Below are positions 27,686 to 32,962 of a stretch of DNA of 32,962 nt, one piece after another. The position numbers were made by a program, and so were the translations under genes. Source of the DNA: Ginsengibacter sp. Lineage in GTDB: Bacteria > Bacteroidota > Bacteroidia > Chitinophagales > Chitinophagaceae. The notes below the pieces were generated by a model. It ran no database searches. It was not told the DNA's origin and saw nothing but the letters and a program-made list of their open reading frames with translations. How positions within the stretch are numbered: position 1 is the first letter of the stretch; each line of letters begins with the position of its first letter. Where the stretch lies: assembly GCA_039937075.1 (NCBI GenBank), contig JBDTHD010000277.1, positions 1 through 32,962 on the forward strand, read 5' to 3'.

Positions 27686-28021
27686 TTATGTCAAATAATT
27701 TTTAATTTTTTCATAAACTTCAGAATGGTAAGATTCAGGCAAATTACCTATAACTTTTCTTATTATTTTATCAGAAGCAGTAAGTAAACGATGAATTTTA
27801 ATAACTGATGAAACTTTCAATCCTGTTGTAACAAAATCAATTTGATTTTTTTGAATAATAACATCAGTAATTTCATTGGCATTTTGCAAGTTACTTGTAA
27901 TTCCTGCCAGAACTATTTGTCTGTGTTTTGAAACTGGATTAGTTAAACACAAGGCTGGTCTCAACTTCGATTCGGAAAAGTTATCAAAAGGGAAATCTGT
28001 TAATACTATTTTAAATTTCAT
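27686..28021 (-). CDS. PemK/MazF family toxin
   Basis: MKFKIVLTDFPFDNFSESKLRPALCL, AGITS and TGLKVSSVIK. The ATG at 28021 overlaps the antitoxin stop. Confidence 0.88.
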   Translation of the reverse strand: MKFKIVLTDFPFDNFSESKLRPALCLTNPVSKHRQIVLAGITSNLQNANEITDVIIQKNQIDFVTTGLKVSSVIKIHRLLTASDKIIRKVIGNLPESYHSEVYEKIKNYLT

Positions 28022-28259
28022 CAGATTCGCTTTTATAAGGAACACCATCTTCAATAGTATAAATATCTTCCCCGGTATCATTCAAAAAATCAAATGCTTC
28101 TCCCTTCATCGCTACAGATAGCCAACTCTTTTCTGATATTTCTTCGTCCTTTATCAATACAACTACCTTAGCTTCTTTTTTTGAAAAATTCCTGCCTAAT
28201 TTCAAAATGGTATTACCTTCCTCATCAAAATGAACCAACTTTTCAATAGCTTCCATCAT
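28011..28259 (-). CDS. Putative antitoxin (DUF2281-like acidic C-terminus)
   Basis: 82 aa, upstream of and overlapping the toxin; AFDFLNDTGEDIYTIEDGVP. Confidence 0.75.
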   Translation of the reverse strand: MMEAIEKLVHFDEEGNTILKLGRNFSKKEAKVVVLIKDEEISEKSWLSVAMKGEAFDFLNDTGEDIYTIEDGVPYKSESDEI

Positions 28260-28275
28260 TTTTATTTAAAGATAC

Positions 28276-28313
28276 AAAAATAAAAAACCATAAGTTTTTC
28301 CTCCTTATGGTTT
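28276..28313 (-). terminator. Terminator after metK
   Basis: Minus strand reads AAACCATAAG-N9-CTTATGGTTT followed by TTTATTTTT. Confidence 0.7.
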
Positions 28314-28337
28314 ACTTTATAAATATTTCTAAGAATT

Positions 28338-29591
28338 TTATTTTATTCCAAACTCTTTTTTCACTTTGGGAACATAATCTAATTTTTCCCATGTAAATAA
28401 TTCAACTTTAACTGTCTTAGGAGAACCGTTAGGCAGGTTGAAAGTTTTTGTAACTACCTCATTTTTTCTTCCCATGTGGCCATAAGAAGCGGTTTCCTGG
28501 TAAATAGGATTGCGCAGCTTCAGTCTTTTTTCGATGAAGAAAGGACGCATATCGAAAATCGAGTCTACTTTTTTTGCTATTTCTCCATCGGTCAAATCTA
28601 CTTTTGCTGTTCCGTAAGTATTTACGTTTATGCTTGTGGGTTGTGCTACGCCAATCGCATAAGAAACCTGCACCAATATTTCATCGCAAACACCTGCTGC
28701 TACAAGATTCTTAGCGATATGTCTTACCGCATAAGCAGCACTCCGGTCAACTTTACTTGGATCTTTTCCACTAAATGCGCCACCGCCATGAGCTCCCTTT
28801 CCACCGTAAGTATCTACAATTATTTTTCTCCCGGTAAGGCCGGTATCGCCATGCGGGCCGCCGATAACAAACTTGCCGGTCGGGTTGATGTGGTATTTTA
28901 TTTTATCATTAAAAAAATGAGCGTACTTAGGATATTTATTCTTCATGCGCGGAATCAAAATCTTCTTAATATCATCTGATATTTTTTTCAACATTTTATC
29001 TTCCTTATCAAACTCATCATGCTGCGTAGAAACAACAATTGCGTCAATTCTTAAAGGTTTGTTGTCGTCGCTATACTCAAGCGTAACCTGGCTTTTGGCA
29101 TCAGGACGTAAATATTTAATTTCCTTATTTTCTCTTCTCAACGCGGCAAGCTCAATTAAAATACTGTGTGCGATATCAAGAGACAGAGGCATAAAGTTTT
29201 CGGTTTCGTTAGTGGCATATCCAAACATCATTCCCTGGTCGCCGGCACCCTGTTCTTCTTTTTTCGTGCGGTCAACGCCCTGGTTGATATCGGCAGATTG
29301 TTCATGAATTGCAGAAAAAATACCGCATGAATTGGCTTCAAACATGTATTCACTTTTTGTATAACCAATTTTACGAATCACTCCCCGTGTTATTTCCTGT
29401 ACATCCAGGTAAGCCTTCGATTTGACTTCGCCCGCCAATACAACCTGGCCGGTCGTTACCAATGTTTCACAAGCAACTTTGCTTTGTGGATCAAAAGCTA
29501 AAAAATTATCAATTAACGCATCGCTTATCTGGTCGGCAACTTTATCCGGATGTCCTTCGCTCACAGACTCTGAAGTAAATAAATATGGCAT
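28338..29591 (-). CDS. metK: S-adenosylmethionine synthetase
   Basis: [19 protein letters not shown] and GGGAFSGKD. Confidence 0.98.
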   Translation of the reverse strand: MPYLFTSESVSEGHPDKVADQISDALIDNFLAFDPQSKVACETLVTTGQVVLAGEVKSKAYLDVQEITRGVIRKIGYTKSEYMFEANSCGIFSAIHEQSADINQGVDRTKKEEQGAGDQGMMFGYATNETENFMPLSLDIAHSILIELAALRRENKEIKYLRPDAKSQVTLEYSDDNKPLRIDAIVVSTQHDEFDKEDKMLKKISDDIKKILIPRMKNKYPKYAHFFNDKIKYHINPTGKFVIGGPHGDTGLTGRKIIVDTYGGKGAHGGGAFSGKDPSKVDRSAAYAVRHIAKNLVAAGVCDEILVQVSYAIGVAQPTSINVNTYGTAKVDLTDGEIAKKVDSIFDMRPFFIEKRLKLRNPIYQETASYGHMGRKNEVVTKTFNLPNGSPKTVKVELFTWEKLDYVPKVKKEFGIK

Positions 29592-29614
29592 TTCGATTTG
29601 TATTTTTTGAGCCG

Positions 29615-29645
29615 CAAAATTATGTTTTCAGTTTGATAGGGCAAA
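29615..29645 (-). promoter_or_regulatory. Bacteroidota sigma-A promoter for metK
   Basis: Minus strand TTTG (29645-42), a 19-nt spacer, then TAATTTTG (29622-15). Confidence 0.75.
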
Positions 29646-29679
29646 ATGCAATTTTGCAGAAAAGGAACACAGCAAATAG

Positions 29680-29776
29680 AAATTATAACTATTTGTTCGT
29701 TTACTAATGGGTTTATCCATAAAAAATACCACCTATCCCATCAAATTGACAGTAAACAAACAAATCATCCGAATAA
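29680..29776. repeat. Back-to-back inverted pair of the AGTAAAC motif
   Basis: 29706(-) TAGTAAACGAAC-AAAT-AGTTATA-ATTT and 29750(+) CAGTAAACAAAC-AAAT-CATCCGA-ATAA. Confidence 0.75.
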
Positions 29777-29891
29777 CTAATTCTGGACTAATTTTGACAA
29801 CATTTTTAACCCGTACTCAACAATCCCGCTGAAAAGGAAACTATCAAAATATAGCCTGCAACCCCATTTTTGCTTAAAAACAAAATGCAGC

Positions 29892-32474
29892 GTGGGCGAT
29901 GGGAGCAGAACATTCTTACGCTTCCTTAGCTTTCATAAATCTATCTATAAATCACTGCACGGAATTGTTATCCTGCTTGTGCTTTCTTTTCTTTTTTGCC
30001 AAAAAGCTTATTCGCAACGCTTTATTATTTCAGGACAAGTAATTGATAAGATCACCAACGAACCGCTTGATAATGTCACGGTTCATTTATTGAACACTTC
30101 CACTTCCACAGTGACAAAATACAACGGCTCATTTTCGATAGAAAGTTCTACATGGGCTGATTCGCTGGAACTAACTTGTGTTGGTTATCAAAATTCGATT
30201 TATCATTTACAACAAAACCATTCCAAAAATCTCATCCTGAAAATGAACATTGATGCAAAAGCTTTACAAGATATAGTAATAACGGGAGGTGAAAGAGATA
30301 AAGAACCAGGAAAACGGTACATGAAAAAAGTGATCGCGAATAAAGATTTTAATAATCCTGACAGGTTCAATAATTATAGCTATAAAGAATATTTACGGCA
30401 TGAAGTTGATGTTAAAAACCTTGATTCATCCATGCGGGGAAAGGGATTAAAATCCTTGCTCGTTAAAATGTATAAGACTTCGGACACCGGAAACGCGGCA
30501 GGAAAAGTATTACCGGTTTATTTTTCAGAAACCATCCAGGACAAATACCATAGCGTTTCGCCGCTTATCGACAGAACCAATATCCTTGCAAAAAAAACGC
30601 TTGGCCTTGAAACTGATAAGTTTCTTTGGCAATTAGATAAATTCAATTTTACGTTTAACACCTATGCTAATTGGTTTACTATTTTTAATCAAACTTTTGC
30701 AAGCCCGCTAAGCAACAGCGCTTTTACTTATTACAATTTCTATTTCAACGACAGCAATATAGTTGATGGCAAGAAAGTTTATACAATCCGCTTTAAACCA
30801 AAAGGAAAATATGAAAATGCTTTTACAGGCTCCGTTTGGATTAATGACAGCACTTTTTCGGTAAAAAAAATAGTCATGCATTTAGATAAAACCGCTAACC
30901 TGGATTTTATTAAAAATGTAACATACAGTGAAGAATATAAACTCAGTCCCGATTCCGTATCTGGCAAAATGGTTTATATGCCTTATAAAATTATTTCCAA
31001 TGTCGAATTTGAAACCGGCCTGGAATTATTAGGAATTCCCGTTCCACAAAATTCTAAAAAAGTAAAATTAGAAGTCGTAAACACTACCGTTATTGGCGAT
31101 ATTAAAATCAATTCCGGAGAGGGAAATGAGTTTGTGAAAAAAATGAAACACGAAGCTACTGCAGAATTTGAAAAGCCTGACGATTATTGGGACAGTCATC
31201 GTTTTGGAGATTCGCTCTCTCATCATGAAAAGAGTATTTATGTAATGGTTGATTCCCTGAAACGCAGCCCACGATTTGTTTTCGATTCCAAAGTGATTAA
31301 TTTAATTGGGACTGGTTATTGGGATTTTAACAACAGAATTCGTCTTGGCCCCTATTATTCTCTACTGAGCACTGATAGTATCGAAGGTTGGCGATTCAAT
31401 GCCGGATTTTGGACTTTACCTGGATTCAACAAAAAAATAAACCTGAATGGATACATTGCGTACGGAACCAAAGACCGGGCTTTTAAAGGAGGTTTAGGAT
31501 TTAAATATTTGTGGAACCAGGCCAAATGGACAAAGACTTCTTTGTATGCCAGCACCGACTACGATTATCTGACAGAAGAAGACCAGGAACTGGACCAAGA
31601 CAATCTTATCAATTCTTATCTTAGAAAAGATATTCCTACAACGAGAGTTTATATAAAACAAATTCAGCTAATGCATGAACAATACGTTTCCAAAAAATTC
31701 AGTGTCAATAGCGCATTTACTTACAAAGAATTTACTCCTGTTTTTAATTTTTCTTTTCACCCGATAAGTAAGCAAACAAATTTGCCAGTTGACACTATTT
31801 CTGCGAGAACATTGCCTGCCACGGAATTTTCTATTGGTGTTCGTTTTGTAGCCGAGGAAAGGACTGTTGTTTGGAATTATAACCAGGTACGCTTTGATAC
31901 CTATTATCCTATTTTTTCTGCAAATTTTACACAAGGAATAAAAACAGGAACCACTTCATTTAATTATCAAAAAATAACGGTCGGAATAGAACAGGATGTG
32001 CGCCTGCCCCCAAAATCGTTGTTCTATTATAATATTCGCGCGGGGAAAACTTTTGGGACTGCACCTTTTCTTTTGCTAAATATTCCTGCAGGTAACGAAT
32101 ATTATGTGGCAAGCAGGTATTTATTTAATACAATGATTCCTTACGAATTTGCGACCGACGAATATGTGAGCTTATATTCACGGCTATATCTTGGTGGGGT
32201 AATTTTCAACAAAATTCCTTTATTGCGAAAGCTCGGATGGCGAACTCGTTTTTCATTCAACGCTTACCAGGGAAGCATGTCTGCTGCCAACAGGAATTAT
32301 AATAAAGAAGCCGGCTTTACCGTGCCGGAAAGCAAGCCTTTCATGGAAGCGGGCGTTGGAATCGAAAATATTTTTCATGTCTTTTCAATTGATTATTATA
32401 AAAGGCTGTCGAATTTTAATACATTAAAAAGAGCCAACGGTTCTATTTTTCTTGGTGTGAACATTACGTTTTGA
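29892..32474 (+). CDS. Outer-membrane protein with carboxypeptidase-regulatory-like domain and DUF5686 barrel
   Basis: ISGQVIDKITNEPL...G.F...VGY N-domain, FASPLS, YIAYGTKD, MEAGVGIENIF and a terminal Phe. Start codon uncertain. Confidence 0.85.
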   Translation: MGDGSRTFLRFLSFHKSIYKSLHGIVILLVLSFLFCQKAYSQRFIISGQVIDKITNEPLDNVTVHLLNTSTSTVTKYNGSFSIESSTWADSLELTCVGYQNSIYHLQQNHSKNLILKMNIDAKALQDIVITGGERDKEPGKRYMKKVIANKDFNNPDRFNNYSYKEYLRHEVDVKNLDSSMRGKGLKSLLVKMYKTSDTGNAAGKVLPVYFSETIQDKYHSVSPLIDRTNILAKKTLGLETDKFLWQLDKFNFTFNTYANWFTIFNQTFASPLSNSAFTYYNFYFNDSNIVDGKKVYTIRFKPKGKYENAFTGSVWINDSTFSVKKIVMHLDKTANLDFIKNVTYSEEYKLSPDSVSGKMVYMPYKIISNVEFETGLELLGIPVPQNSKKVKLEVVNTTVIGDIKINSGEGNEFVKKMKHEATAEFEKPDDYWDSHRFGDSLSHHEKSIYVMVDSLKRSPRFVFDSKVINLIGTGYWDFNNRIRLGPYYSLLSTDSIEGWRFNAGFWTLPGFNKKINLNGYIAYGTKDRAFKGGLGFKYLWNQAKWTKTSLYASTDYDYLTEEDQELDQDNLINSYLRKDIPTTRVYIKQIQLMHEQYVSKKFSVNSAFTYKEFTPVFNFSFHPISKQTNLPVDTISARTLPATEFSIGVRFVAEERTVVWNYNQVRFDTYYPIFSANFTQGIKTGTTSFNYQKITVGIEQDVRLPPKSLFYYNIRAGKTFGTAPFLLLNIPAGNEYYVASRYLFNTMIPYEFATDEYVSLYSRLYLGGVIFNKIPLLRKLGWRTRFSFNAYQGSMSAANRNYNKEAGFTVPESKPFMEAGVGIENIFHVFSIDYYKRLSNFNTLKRANGSIFLGVNITF

Positions 32475-32524
32475 TTATTCAGTTGAATACAATTTTTAAC
32501 TGCGAATTTTTCTGTGCCAACATA

Positions 32525-32553
32525 AAAAAATCCCGTTAGAAAAACTAACGGGA
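32525..32553 (-). terminator. Rho-independent terminator between convergent genes
   Basis: TCCCGTTAG-AAAAA-CTAACGGGA perfect stem; the A run on the left is the U tract on the minus strand. Confidence 0.85.
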
Positions 32554-32618
32554 CGAGATTCTTATTTTACAATTTGTATGGGAATTGGCAGACAAATTAA
32601 AACTTCTTAATCTATCGT

Positions 32619-32962
32619 TTACCACTTGTCTACTTGCTCGTGTTGCGTATCATTTTTTGAATCATCTGTGGAAGAAGAATCGGATGAAGAAGACTCATCT
32701 GATTTTGGAAGGTCAGAAGATTCTTCACTGGTTGTAGAAGGAGTTTCTGTTTCTGCTGTAGGTGGAATTTGTTCTGAACCAACTTCCCCAGAATTTTCTG
32801 CGTTCTCCGGATTCTTTTTCTCAGTATAATTATTTCCTTCATAATTTTCTGACTGCTCATGATTAAAAGCGTCAAAATCAAAGTCGGGCATCAGCTCGGT
32901 TTTTACATAATCAATGGCTTCGGTCATCCCTTTTAAAAATTTATTAAAATCTTCTTTGTACA
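32619..32962 (-). CDS. DUF3276 (PUR-like) family protein, C-terminal part; start lies outside the window
   Basis: Frame is open to the window edge: YKEDFNKFLKGMTEAIDYVKTELMPDFDFD, then an acidic S/E-rich tail. Confidence 0.8.
   Translation of the reverse strand, partial: YKEDFNKFLKGMTEAIDYVKTELMPDFDFDAFNHEQSENYEGNNYTEKKNPENAENSGEVGSEQIPPTAETETPSTTSEESSDLPKSDESSSSDSSSTDDSKNDTQHEQVDKW

Noticed and set aside
29592-29700. SAM riboswitch upstream of metK
   Set aside because: The promoter lies ~23 bp from the ATG and no SAM-I or SAM-II consensus is visible.
5499-30681. Other AGTAAAC hits inside coding regions (e.g. ~5499, ~13393, ~14862, ~19063, ~27783, ~30680)
   Set aside because: They lack the nAAC-WWAT-N7-ATTY extension, and their number is consistent with chance.
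657-32881. Many short overlapping or antisense ORFs in the six-frame track (e.g. 657-950, 9425-9847, 14019-14549, 28476-28979)
   Set aside because: Shadows of well-supported genes, with no family motifs.

Overview
AT-rich bacterial chromosomal window, most consistent with a Bacteroidota (Chitinophagaceae-like) genome: TAnnTTTG promoters, the miaB / sigma54-type regulator / lptE / hypothetical / secG cluster, and DUF5686 and DUF3276 genes. The left ~14 kb is accessory: trehalase (partial), MFS sugar transporter, Gfo/Idh/MocA oxidoreductase, NdpA/YejK-type nucleoid protein, AhpD/CMD protein, vanadium-haloperoxidase/PAP2 lipoprotein, a Y1 HUH transposase flanked by inverted double-hairpin REP-like units, a secreted GH65, and several hypotheticals. 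The right part is mostly housekeeping (miaB, lptE, secG, mltG, yihY, NlpC/P60, lpdA, UbiD-family decarboxylase, rlmB, metK), with two toxin-antitoxin insertions (MNT-MNT-HEPN; antitoxin-PemK/MazF). The main unexplained signal is a ~27-bp asymmetric motif, YAGTAAACnAAC-WWAT-N7-ATTY. It has 8 strong and 3 weaker intergenic copies in both orientations, brackets single accessory genes as direct or inverted pairs, and also starts each unit of a 156-bp intragenic tandem repeat. All family calls come from reading motifs by eye; no database searches were run.
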